NCBI GenBank assembly: GCA_002269645.1 | Contig: NIVC01000024.1 | Coordinates: forward strand, 806,001 to 870,000 | DNA from: Macrostomum lignano | Lineage: Eukaryota | Direction: 5' to 3' | DNA: 64,000 nt | Shown here: one piece after another, positions 11,853 to 30,241 of the stretch | How positions within the stretch are numbered: position 1 is the stretch's first letter | Layout: every line of letters begins with the position of its first letter | Made by a program: the position numbers and the translations under genes | The notes under the pieces: generated by a model | The model's input: the letters and a program-made list of their open reading frames with translations, nothing else | Told to the model about the DNA's origin: nothing | Databases searched by the model: none

Positions 11853-12883
11853 TGTTGTACTCGCGGGCTGCGATCTCGTCTAGCCCGGTCGTTTTGTTTC
11901 CCCGGGGTAGCGGGTTCGGTGCGGGACTGCCTTGGGCGCGCGGCGGAGGGATGGACAGAGGACGAACGACTGGCGCTCCTCGAGGCGGATGGCCACTCCG
12001 AGGGGAAGAGGAAGAGATGCGACCCGGGGCGCACAGGCATTCCTTGGTCACGGAAGGCTCGGGGTACTTCCGCGGTCAGCGGAGCGGATAGCCACTCAGA
12101 GCCGGCCCGGGAGTCACCGAGGTGAATGTGGAACGAGGTGAAGGTGAAGGATTGGCCGGGGCGTACAGACACTCCGGACCAATCAAGAGATACGATACAG
12201 ACATTCCAAGCCAATCGAAGAGTGCAGGTGAGCAAGGGGGTGAGTAGGTGAAGCGATGAGGCGGCGAGGATGGAGGGAAGACACGTGCAGAGAGCCCCAA
12301 AAAACGCGAACGCAACCCGAATAAACGTAATTTAAGCTCACCGGGCGGGGTCAAACCGACTCATGCAACGCAGTTTATTTGGCCGTAGTAACTGTTCTGG
12401 CAGCTCGGAGACGGCGGGTGGCACGGATTAGCTTGCTACGAAGTGTTCCGATAGTTTACTGGGCTCGTGCAGTTTTGTACTTTTATGATAGTTTTCTTAC
12501 TCAGTTGCTGGTGTAGCTCTAACCGCAAAAACCAAGCAGCGTGCCACCGGCCGGCTCCAAGCCAGCTAATAAATAGTATGCCAAAAAATGGAGGAGTGGG
12601 CCAAACCGGCCTGAGCGCAAATACTCACACAACAGAACCCCGCGAGCACCCCACCCTAGCCCAGCCAATCAAAACACGCGCTGGGTAAGGCTTTACGAAC
12701 GAGGGGGGGGGGGTAGAAAAGCGAGGGTCTGCCGGCCCAGCCAGCCAATCAGAGCACACGCCGGCTGCCTAAAACCAAAGCCGGCTGAACCAACTCAAAC
12801 CAGCTAGGCCGGCAGACTGGGCGGTTCGCATGCACCAAAAAAAACAGGTTGATGAGAAGGTCATTGTGGCGCAGGCCACAACA
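11853..12883 (-). repeat. 3' LTR (1031 bp), TGTTGT...ACAACA
   Basis: Terminal inverted TGTTGT/ACAACA; on the minus strand it is directly preceded by the polypurine tract GCGGGGAAGGG (12884-12894); AATAAA on the minus strand near 12376. Confidence 0.85.
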
Positions 12884-13059
12884 CCCTTCCCCGCAAAAAA
12901 AAACAAAAAGGGAAAAAACACAAAAACGAAAAAACAACGCGATGACTCCAGCAGCAGCAAAAAATCGTACTGTACGTGCCGCGCTCTTATTATGACGCAA
13001 CTGGCGGAGGAAAATGACATAATGACGCAAATGGCAAGGGAGCGGGAGAGTGAGCCACT

Positions 13060-13430
13060 GGCGTCGGACAGCGGGACGCAGGCGCCGGAAAGCGGGCCGC
13101 AGGCGCCGGACAGCGGGCCGCAGAAGCCGGACAGTGGGCCGCAGAAGCCGGACAACGGGCCGAAGAAGCCGGACAGTGGGCCGCAGACGCCGGACAGCGG
13201 GCCACAGACGCCGGACAGCGGGCCGCCGACGCCGGACAGTGGGCTGCAGACTTCGGACAGTGGGCCGCAGACGCCAGACAGCGGGCCGCCGACGCCGGAC
13301 AGCGGGCCGCAGACTTCGGACAGTGGGCCGCAGACGCCAGACAGCGGGCCGCCGACGCCGGACAGCGGGTCGCAGGCGTCGGAACGCAGGCCGCAGGCGT
13401 CGGAACGCAGGCCGCAGGCGTCGGGAAGCG
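13060..13430. repeat. 21-bp GC-rich minisatellite (GACGCCGGACAGCGGGCCGCA) between pol and the 3' LTR
   Basis: About 17 units; stop-free in all frames checked. Confidence 0.9.
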
Positions 13431-13957
13431 GGGCCGCAGGCGTTGGACGCGCACTCCCGCCCCTCTGTCAGCCCTCGTCTCAATGAATCTTAGGGACTAT
13501 CCCGGTGAGCTTCCGGGACACGCATTCGCATTCGAGGGGGACGACTATGATAAGATGAAGATGAAAAGAGAACAGAAGGGAGAACAGAAGAACACGCTTC
13601 CCAGCCTGTCCGCACCGACCCCCTACCCCGCGATCCAGGCCAAACCCCGCAGAAGCCCCAGCAGACGCCCGCCGTTAAACAGTCGGAACTCCGGAATCGC
13701 GACCTCGGTGATGAACCTCGAGCTCCGGATGAAGGCATCTGGCCGCCACTTGCGCTGTGAGTGACCACAAAACTTTTTACCAACATCCCGGCTGAGGAAC
13801 TTCAGAACCTGCTCAAGCAGAGCCGTAATTTCTCGCCGATGGTCCCGACGCTCGCGGCGACATAGCTCGACAATCTTCGTGAGGACCCGGAACGTGGCTG
13901 CCCAAGCTCCATGCAAGATTTTCTTGGTGTTCTTGCTTGGGGTAAAGTGCTCACTGG

Positions 13958-14110
13958 GCGGTTGATGACGCAAAATGACGGTAACTAGGCGGTTGATGAC
14001 GCAAAATGACGATAACGGGGCGGTTGATGACGCAAAATGACGGTAACTAGGCGGTTGATGACGCAAAATTACGGTAACTAGGCGGTTGATGACGCAAAAT
14101 GATGATAACT
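13958..14110. repeat. About 31-bp tandem repeat x5 carrying TGACGCAA
   Basis: Direct; lies just 3' of the pol stop. Confidence 0.85.
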
Positions 14111-14120
14111 GGCCCGCGCC

Positions 14121-15630
14121 CTAGTAGTACAGAGGCACCCCGTAGCGCTGCGGAACCCTTCGAGTCCGGAGTGGCCGGCCCGCCCTTGTATCGCCGGTCT
14201 CCTCCCTCTCGGGCGCTTCTTCCCCAGGCGCTTCCACCTCCAGCGCTTCCATCTCCGGTGCTTCCATCTCAGGCGCTTTCATCTCAGGCGCTTCCATCTC
14301 CGGTGCTTCCATCTCAGGCGCTTCTATCTCAGGCGCTTCCATCTCAGGCGCTTCCATCTCAGGCGCTTCCATCCGTCTCTGCCACTGGTATTCACCGTCG
14401 TCCTCAGATTCCTCCTTCTCCTCGCCCGCTGGTTCCGCTTCCGCAGCAGGGTCGGGCTGCCGCTCCATCCGGGGAGCTCGACGGGGCCCTTTAGCGTCGT
14501 CAACGGGTTTCACCCGGTAGCGAGGCAAGAGTTTGTTGAAGTGCACCACCTTTGGAGCGAACTCTCGACCTTTCACCTTCCTGTCATACCAATCCTTCTG
14601 CACCCTCTGATAGGACGCTGTCTTCTCCCGTACTTCTCGGTGAGCTTCCTCGAGAATCTCTCGCAGGTGCTGAACTTCCTCGCAATATGGCTCGATCTCC
14701 GGGGGCCGGGCTATTCCTATATCAACTGGTAGGGCCATCTCGTGGCCGTGCAGAAGAAAAAAACGGCGAATATCCCGTACCACGATGAACGCTCGAACGG
14801 TACGCCATGAGTGCGGCACATACGAACTCGTCCCATCTCTTCTGGTCCGGCGCATCGACAAGATGGCTACGAAGCACTGCCGTCAGCGTCTTATTGAAAC
14901 TCTCGACCTGTCCGTTCCCCGCAGGGTGATAGGCAGTCGTCCGAGTCTTCCAAATATTCAGATTCTCACATAGTTGGCTGACTAACTGGGACTCAAAGTT
15001 GGCTCCCTGGTCGGAGTGGATAATCCCGGGTGTCCCGTAATGGCAGATCCACTCTTCCAGCATCGCCCTCGCACAGGTGCTCGCCGTTTGGTCTGGCACG
15101 GGGACAGCCACCGGCCATTTGCTGTACGCGTCTTGCATTGTTAAAACGTATTTGTTGCCGCGATTGCTGGTCGGTAACGGCCCGATTAAGTCCACCATTA
15201 CTCTTTCGAATGCTCTGTTGCTCGCGATGGGCTCCAAGGGTGCTCTTCGACGCATTCGCGGTTTGCTTCGGTTGCAGACATCGCATCTCCTCACATACTC
15301 CTCGACTTCCCGCTTGAGACCCGGTCTCCAAAATCGGCTTCTGATTTTCTCGATTGTTTTCTTGACTCCGAAATGTCCTCCACCTGGGCCGCAGTGAAGA
15401 GCTTGCAGGACTTCGCCGACCATAGCCTTCGGCAGCACAATCCGTGGTGCGTAACGCCCGACGCCCTTGATCATGAGTACTCCCTCCGTGAGCTCCAGCT
15501 GAGGCATCTGGGCCCAAAAAAAGGCCCGAGCCGCGGGCGACGCGTTTCGTGGTGGCCCCCCGAATACCGCGCTGGTTCTCACAGCTGCGCTGCTGGGCCC
15601 GATGTCATTGTCGGCCGTCTGTGCTGCCAC
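14121..15630 (-). pseudogene. Gypsy integrase (HHCC zinc finger, DDE core) with frameshifted C-terminal tail carrying MEAPE repeats
   Basis: LH..GGHFG..CDVC; VMVDLIG, IHSDQG, NGQVESFN; frameshift at the A-run 14757-14763. Confidence 0.92.
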
Positions 15631-15669
15631 TAGGTCGCCTGGGTCGATCGTTCCGCCTAGCGCCGTCGC

Positions 15670-16985
15670 TCACACCGCGGGGCAGTCATGAATTTGGCAG
15701 GATGGACAGCTGTCCATTTCTGGATGCCGTCGTAGCGGTTTTCGCGACAAGGCGTCCGCGTTCTGGTGGCGGGCTCCAGGGCGATGCTCCACATAGAAGT
15801 CGAAAGGTGCCAGTCGCTCCAACCACCGTGCCAGTTGGCCTTCGGGTTGCTTCATGCTTCGGATCCATTGCAGGCTGGAGTGATCGGTGCGAACGCGGAA
15901 CCTTCGACCGAGTAGATAGTATCGGAATTTTTCCACAAACGTCACTACGGCCAGGAGTTCGATTCTTGTCGTGCAGTAGTTGAACTCGGCGCCGTGTAAG
16001 CGTCGGCTTCCGTACGCAATGACCCGCTCGGACCCGTCCTCCTGGATCTGCGACAACACCGCCCCGAGGCCCTGCCGAGTACTCCCATCCATGTCCAAGA
16101 TGAACTCTCCCGCTTTGGCTTCGAAATTTGGGTACGCCATGACGTGACATCCGGTCAGCTCTTCTTTGAGTTTTTTGAAGGCCTCGTCGTGTTCAGCGCT
16201 CCAGCGGAAGTTCTTGTCCTTCTTGGTCAGGTCGAACAACGGCGCGGCGACAAGCGAGAATTCAGGTATGAAGTTCCTGTAGTACCCCGCCAGGCCTAGG
16301 AATGACTGCAACTCCCTCGTGTTTCTCGGTGTATTCCAATTGTTGACTTCCTTTATTTTTTCAGGGTCGACATCTATACCGTCCTCCGACACAACGTGCC
16401 CTAAGAATTTCACTCTGTCTGCCAAAAATCGGCATTTAGATGGCTTCAGTTTGAGATTGGCGGCCCGTAGTCGTCGAAACACCGCTTCCAGGTTTTGCAG
16501 ATGTTCTGGGACCGTTCGCGACCAGATTATGATGTCGTCGATGTACACGAGCGCCATCTTCCAGAGGAGATCATGCAGCACCATGCTCATCAGCCGAGTG
16601 AACGTTGCCGGTGCATTGGTCAGTCCAAACGGCAGGACATTGAACGCAAACTGTCCTCGGTGCGGGACCACAAACGCAGTCTTGTGCCGATCCTCCCCTT
16701 TGACGGCGACTTGCCAATATCCGGAGAACAGGTCAAGAGTCGAGAACACTGCAGCACCTCTTAGTGCTTCGAGGGCGTCATCAACCCGCGGGATCGCGAT
16801 GGCATCTCTTACTGTTAGTTGGTTCAGTTCTCGATAATCGATGCACAGCCGCAGCTCTCCGTCCTTCTTACGGACACACACCACCGGTGAGCTCCACGGC
16901 GATTATGTCGGCTCGATCTTCTTGGTCGCCAGCAGCTCATTCAACTTCAACCGGTCAACTTCACCACGCCAATGGGGGGGGGGGG
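15670..16985 (-). pseudogene. Gypsy reverse transcriptase plus RNase H
   Basis: SPWSSPVVCVRKKDGELRLCIDYRELN, LDLFSGYWQ, YIDD, RTDHSSLQW. In-frame stops at 16903 and 15670; frameshift at the G12 run 16974-16985. Confidence 0.95.
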
Positions 16986-18068
16986 CAGCCGCCGCGGGGG
17001 CTGCTTCACCGCCGGTCCAGTGGTCTCGATTTCGTGCTGCACTAAATCGGTTATCCCGAGTTGTGACGCGTCCTCGGCTAAGACGTCTGTGTAGCGATTG
17101 ATCAGTTCCAGGAAATTCTTGCGATCGACCTCTGTGAGCTTCTTGGACCCGTGCTCGTTCAGGGACGCCTCCGGATCCCAGGGGTCGCTGTTCCTCAAAC
17201 CCGAAACTGGAGCTCCCTCGTCGACGCTGACCATCATCACTTCCTGAGCTGGATCCGCCGGCCGGAACCAGCCAATGACAGCTCCCTTCCGCAGTCGAAG
17301 TTCCGAATCCGTGATGTTTGCAAAGTGCACCGGAAGAGTGTTCCCCGGCTGGACGAAGCATACACTCCTGGCTTACATAGGTCGTTCGTCGCTTTTTGGT
17401 CGCTTGTCTGACTCAGCAATTCCCAACACTCCAACATTTCGAGTCTCCGTCCTGCGGATTCTTGCTGAGGCGGTGATCTCGTGGTGCGCGGGTATAACCA
17501 CATTCTCGCTCAGGTACAGCCTGCAGATTACGGGCTTATGTTTGGTCTCTCTTATCGGCACTCTCGATCCATTTACATGAAATATTCCTCTGGCAAAATC
17601 AATTAGACAGGCGTGCCGGCGCAAAAAATCTGTGCCCAGCAGTAGCTCATATCCGACTCCTTGGACCACTGCGATTGGCGTCTGCAGGACTTCCGAACCG
17701 AACTGTAGTTGCGGTGTAACGCACCCTTGGACCTTCATAGGGGTCCCATTCGCGGAGATAAGGTCTGTATTGGTTGGACTAAGTTCCGCTCGAAAAACCC
17801 GACTCAATCGTTGCCAGGTTTTCTCATTCACCAGCGACATCACCGAACCCAAATCTAGCAGACACGGCAGCTCGACTCCGGCGATCTTCACGGATACATA
17901 GACGGACACCGGATGAAACGCTGTGGCAGGACGGTCCTCGCTCTCTGAGTAGCCCCCCTGATGTCCTGCCGTATGATGCTCAGGAGGTGCTACGCCGCCA
18001 TGTGATGGGGCTTCTACTGTCTCGGCGGAACCCCCTCGCCCCTGCGGGGGTTCCCCTTGCCGTTTCCC
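16986..18068 (-). pseudogene. Gypsy aspartic protease and downstream spacer domain
   Basis: CLLDLGSVMSL (D[TS]G degenerate to DLG) and LLGTDFL; in-frame TAA at 17373. Confidence 0.85.
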
Positions 18069-18190
18069 TGCTGCTGGCGAGACGGGCAGTTCGTAGTCAG
18101 GTGTCCCGGTTTCTTGCAAGTGAAGCAGCGAACTCCCCCGCCTTTGGACTGTCCATGGGTGGTGTCTTCAGCCCGTTCGGCCGCCCGGCT
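18014..18190 (-). pseudogene. gag C-terminal remnant with CCHC zinc knuckle
   Basis: VRCFTCKKPGHLTTNCP at 18127-18086; gag frame stops at TAG 18016-18014. Confidence 0.85.
18027..18068 (-). promoter_or_regulatory. -1 programmed ribosomal frameshift signal (gag to pol)
   Basis: Slippery G GGA AAC in the gag frame, 7-nt spacer, 9-bp perfect stem GGAACCCCC/GGGGGTTCC; a -1 slip enters the protease ORF frame. Confidence 0.8.
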
Positions 18191-18822
18191 GCTGTCACGC
18201 AGTGCATTGCGTTCTTCACCTGCAGCAGGTCAGCGTGGCAGAACTCGGAGTTGGGGTTGTAGCTGGTGCGCTTGAACGGAGTCCGCAGCCATGAGGCTCC
18301 AGCTGGAGCTTCTCGCGGAGTCTCAACGAACTCGCAGGCAAAGCCAGCCAGCGCTGAGCACTTCATGTCGACTATCTTCGCATGTGATGTGAAGTACCAC
18401 GCGATGCAGTCCTCATATCCTCCAGAGTTGCTCGGATCATTTCTATGCCACAGTGAGTCATCCTTTGGCAGCTGGCCGTTGCCGTTGACCCTTTGCCAAC
18501 CCGACCTGCTCGTGCCTCTCTCCTCAGCCAGGTCGGACACTCCGAGCCAGATGTTGCAGCCACAGTTGAGACTCGGCATGCTGCCCAGCAACTGCAGCGA
18601 GCTGTACGAGTTGAGCAGCTCGCCTCCGATCGATGCGCAGTGCCGATTCGCTGAGCACCAGCTGTGGCTGTGAGCTGTGCTCACGAACACGCATTTGCCG
18701 GCCTCGAGACGGAACGGAGCGGGGCACGGTTGAGCTGACGGCCAGAGCAGCTGGCAGACCGCCGCTTGCAGAGCGAGTGCTGTGGCGATCTGATGGAGCT
18801 GCATGCGGATGTTGGGGCTCAC
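18097..18822 (-). pseudogene. Secreted C-type lectin gene B, 5' part (signal peptide, complete CTLD, start of PAN-like domain), truncated by the retroelement
   Basis: CPAPF...KCVFV, WCSANRHCASIGGEL, IWLGV, W..NDP..EDC, DMKCSALAGFACEF. After about 18200 the ORF runs into out-of-frame gag sequence. Confidence 0.85.
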
Positions 18823-21027
18823 CGATGAGATTCAGTTCTGTCAGGGCTTTTACCTTGCGAAGCGTAGCTATTATAATTGATCTCCTGTCATTTTATTTTT
18901 CTGCTCACGCTTTTAATTGCACTTGGCTTAAAAGCTACTATTCAAGAGTAACTTTGAAAGCATTAAAATCTTTTTATAGCTCGTATTGTAATAGACAGCT
19001 TCACATTTGTGTTGATAAGCTTTGCGAAGCCAACTGTCACTCATCCATCAAGCCGCTATACCAGTTTTTTTATTCGAGAAGCTGTCAATTTATCGTTCAT
19101 TCCCTTTAAGCCTTGCACGAACTGCAGCTGAATGTTCCATTTTCATACCAGTGGCGGATTCTCATAATGCTAGCTGTTGCAGTCAGGAGAAAAAATCTAC
19201 AATACTACTAATGAGAGACTTCAGAAAAGATGTTGAACCGCATTATAGGGACCTTGGTCTGAATTTGCCTAAAGTCAATGATATTTAGAATCACTTAGAA
19301 TTGTGGCATACTCTTGACGAATCCCGAATCGCTTAACGAGTGCAGGCCTTCCAATTCGCTTTCGAAAGCTCGGCTTAGCCCAATCTAATTTATTTTGGGT
19401 TAAGTGACGATAAATGCCCTTCGACTCACGCAAATTATTAAAATTTGTACGCGAATTCTGTAAAGCAGTTTAAATTCTCTCCCCGATAGACTAATGGGAT
19501 AGAGTGAATCTTCAGACTGGTGGTAGTGGAGCTATTTATACATGTACATATAGTTATATATGATTCTATCTCTACAAGTAAGTGTACATGTGATGGATAC
19601 TATACATCTACATGTACATAAAGTCTTTCGCAAATTCTTTTAATTTTAAGTGAAAATAAACTAAATTATTAAAGACGCTATATATGTATTGTATATATAT
19701 ATATAACTTATGTATATATACGAGTTACATTGGTAACAACGATATAAAATCATGCATTTAGATTTTTTCAATTTTGAATCATCAGAACAAAATCATATGT
19801 TCGATCGTAATTTCAGAATTTTAGTTTAAAATAATTAATCCTTGAAAATGTAAAATCTTTTTATAAAATGACTCATTTTAAACGAAAGCTTCGCGGAAAT
19901 TGAAAGTGCAAAAGAAACAGATGCTTAATAAAAAAGGAGGATTCATAGTACACCTGTCGGCGTCACAAATTTGTAACGGTGTTGCTAGTTTGCTAGTTTT
20001 AAATGTTCAAACAAAATCTATTAAAAGGCAACTGCAGCAAGCCAAAGTATGCTCATTATTTAGTTTGATAGTTATAAAAAAACGTGCTTAAAATAGATAT
20101 TACTAAACATTGTCATTTGTGCATAGCAACAAAATCGTTTATTGGTACTAGTTTAACGTAAATATTTTACCTGGTTTATGGATTTGGTCGTGGAGTTAAG
20201 TAAGACTGCTTAAGAAGTATTTGTTGCATTATTAAGCTTGGTATAAAAATTGAAAATAAAGATTTGTTTAGCTTACTTACATATAAGACAGCTAAGCATA
20301 AACATTATCGGAAAGCTTCATTATTACATGTTAACAGGCTTACATGTCCGACGACGGACAGTGAAAAGTGAAAACACATTGAAGTTAAGCTTCTATCCAG
20401 AGGTTTTATACAGAGGTTATTACATTGTGTTTTAGTTTATTATATATATGCTTAGACTTTTAGCATTAGCCCTGGTCCCCTCTTGCCTGGAAGAAACGTT
20501 GTAAAATAAATGCAACTCAATATTTATTGTATTGAAGGAAGGATATATTAATATAATATTGGATATAGTTAGAAATATTTTTGTGTTAGTGTCGCTCAGT
20601 TTTTATAATGCCAAGCTAATTTAAACGAGCACTGGACTCAACATGTCTTTGATAATGATTCGAGAAAGAAAGCGGAAGTTTCCAATGGAACTCTTACTGA
20701 AATATCGATTACAAAGGTTCCAAAACTAAAAAACAATGCAATAACTATTGAATATATTTTCTCAGCTTTGATTTGAGTTAGTGTAAATTTTTTACGCTTA
20801 GAGTTTTATGACTCCATACACGTATTGTCATTATAGAAAATATTTAATTTTACTGCAATAGAAAATAGAAAATTTACCAAATATTTCTTATCTTAAAATG
20901 AGCAGAATAGAAATATTTGTTATAACTGTCTTTGGTACAAAAACCAAAGTCTGCAATTGCTCTAAACAAAATTTGGTTTCAACTACAATCAGCATTTAAG
21001 CTGTAAATCAATTATTGCTGTGCCAAG

Positions 21028-27982
<6,955 letters not shown>

Positions 27983-28429
27983 TGGGAGAACAAAGTTGCC
28001 TCTCTGCACTCCACAGTGTTGTCAAATACGAGTATCACTAAAACGCATATTTGTATTGACTAGCTAAACCCTGATCTTTTAAATAATAACTGGCTGATTA
28101 ATGATAAAAAATTTGCAGTCTCTACTACCGAGTAGCGCTGTTCGAATGTTTTTGCTAGAATTTCTTGTTATTCATTCGTTCGTCTATTTTTTATTTTCTG
28201 CAAATAATAATTTTCCTAGAATCAAAATACAAATTCGAGATATGTATTATAGGGCCGCGAGAGCGTTCTTCCGTGTTTTTCAAGTTTTTTCAGGTACAAC
28301 ATCATGCACGATTAGCCAGCTGAATCACCGCTTCAGGAAGATTTCGGGTGAACTGCGTGCCTGCAAAAGTGCGCCCCATTAGTCAGCTGCGAAAGAGGAT
28401 CATGAAACACCTGTTGTTTATACTGTTCC

Positions 28430-28479
28430 CCCGTCTGTCTGCCCTTCAGTCCTAGTTCCTGTCTGTCTGTCTGTCTGTC

Positions 28480-28519
<40 letters not shown>

Positions 28520-28550
28520 GCCTGTCTGTCTGTCTGTCTGTCTGTCTGCC

Positions 28551-28583
<33 letters not shown>

Positions 28584-28586
28584 GCC

Positions 28587-28619
<33 letters not shown>

Positions 28620-28678
28620 GCCTGTCTGTCTGCCTGTCTGTCTGTCCGTCTGCCTGTCTGTCTGCCTGTCTGTCTGTG

Positions 28679-28727
<49 letters not shown>

Positions 28728-28818
28728 GCCTGTCTGTCTGCCTGTCTGTCTGTCCGTCTGCCTGTCTGTCTGCCTGTCCGTCTGCCTGTCTGTCTGCCTG
28801 TCTGTCTGTCTGTCTGCC

Positions 28819-28851
<33 letters not shown>

Positions 28852-28854
28852 GCC

Positions 28855-28887
<33 letters not shown>

Positions 28888-28934
28888 GCCTGTCTGTCTG
28901 CCTGTCTGTCTGTCCGTCTGCCTGTCTGTCTGCC

Positions 28935-28995
<61 letters not shown>

Positions 28996-29135
28996 GCCTG
29001 TCTGTCTGCCTGTCTGTCTGTCCGTCTGCCTGTCTGTCTGCCTGTCTGTCTGTCTGTCTGTCTGCCTGTCTGTCTGCCTGTCTGTCTGTCTGTCCGTCTG
29101 CCTGTCTGTCTGTCTGTCTGTCTGTCTGTCTGCCT
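28430..29135. repeat. (TCTG)n microsatellite
   Basis: Direct. Confidence 0.97.
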
Positions 29136-29241
29136 GTCATATTCAAAAGCCATATTTCTGATTATTGTGACGCCAGATAAAATCATTGGATTTGATATTC
29201 ACTTTGTCAAAATACTTCAGCTTCCAGCCTCCCTGCATCAG

Positions 29242-30241
29242 ATGTCCGGGCCAAAGCCAAATGAGATTAGCGAGGAGCAGCGAGTCGAGTTCAAGCTTAT
29301 GTTCGACTCCTTCGTCAAGAATGAGGAGCGCACAGTGCTGCCGGAGGATCTGGAGATGATGATGCGGAAGTTGGGCTTCCACCCGTCCAAGATGGAGATC
29401 CAGGTGCGAAATTATGAAATCATTTCGCCTTTCTCTGTTAATATTATATCTCTTAAAACACCTACTCTACATTTGCCCCTGTCTCACCCTACCTCTCTCT
29501 CTACCTCTCTACCCTGTGCCTCTCTACCCCGTCTTTTCCGCTCTATCATATTCAGTCTGCATATTGAATAACTTTAGTCCATCTTCATTCATATGTGTCT
29601 GCTTCACTCCCAACTATCTTTTTTTCTGCCACTTTGCCCTTTAGCTACATGTACCTATCTTGGTGCCCATTCACAGACGTGAAAGCAACCGTTTTCCACC
29701 AAAACAACAAAAAAGCATAATAGTACACTTCTGTTTTGTTGCGTGGGCTGGAAATGTTGCACTTTTCTGCTTTGATAGGATCGACTTGATTAGAAAGGTT
29801 ACAGTAGACATTCACTAGTGAAAAGTTCTGCTGTACTCTGCGTTCAATTATCCAATTCTCTACGCTTGGCTTGCTCTCTCATGGCTGTTGTCAGTTGCAC
29901 AAAGCTGTCACAGAACTCGTCGCTCACTCGCACAGGGCATGATCGAGGAGATCGACACGGACGGCTCCGTGACCATCAACGGCATGTCCTACGAGCAGTT
30001 CGAGCTGCTGGCGGCTAGAAAAGCTCACGACGACATCAGCTCGGAGGACATCACGGATGCTTTCCGTGTGTTCGACCGGGACGCCAACGGGTTCATCTCG
30101 GCAGCTGAGATTCGCAACGTTCTCACCCAGGTAGGCGAGACCTACACCGACGAGGAGATCGATGCGTTGCTACAGGCGGCGAAGCCGGACATGGACGGAA
30201 ACATCAACTATGAGGACTTTGTGCAGAGAATGATGGAGTGA
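29242..30241 (+). CDS. Divergent calmodulin-like EF-hand protein; exons 29242-29403 and 29936-30241
   Basis: EISEEQRVEFKLMF..., GMIEEIDTDGS, DAFRVFDRDANGFISAAEIRNVLTQVGE, DMDGNINYEDFVQRMME*; phase-0 intron. Confidence 0.9.

Larger units (their letters stand above)
11853..18200 (-). mobile_element. Decayed, 5'-truncated Ty3/Gypsy LTR retrotransposon
   Basis: Order is gag CCHC knuckle, protease, RT, RNase H, integrase, PPT, 3' LTR. The 5' LTR, PBS and most of gag are missing. Multiple stops and frameshifts. The upper boundary is uncertain by a few tens of nt. Confidence 0.93.

Noticed and set aside
18097-18200. In-frame lectin-Gag or lectin-Pol fusion protein
   Set aside because: The lectin frame differs from both the gag and pol frames and stops at 18097, before the slippery site.
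19150-19480. Possible LINE 3' remnant
   Set aside because: Fragmented frames with only vague similarity; not supportable without a search.
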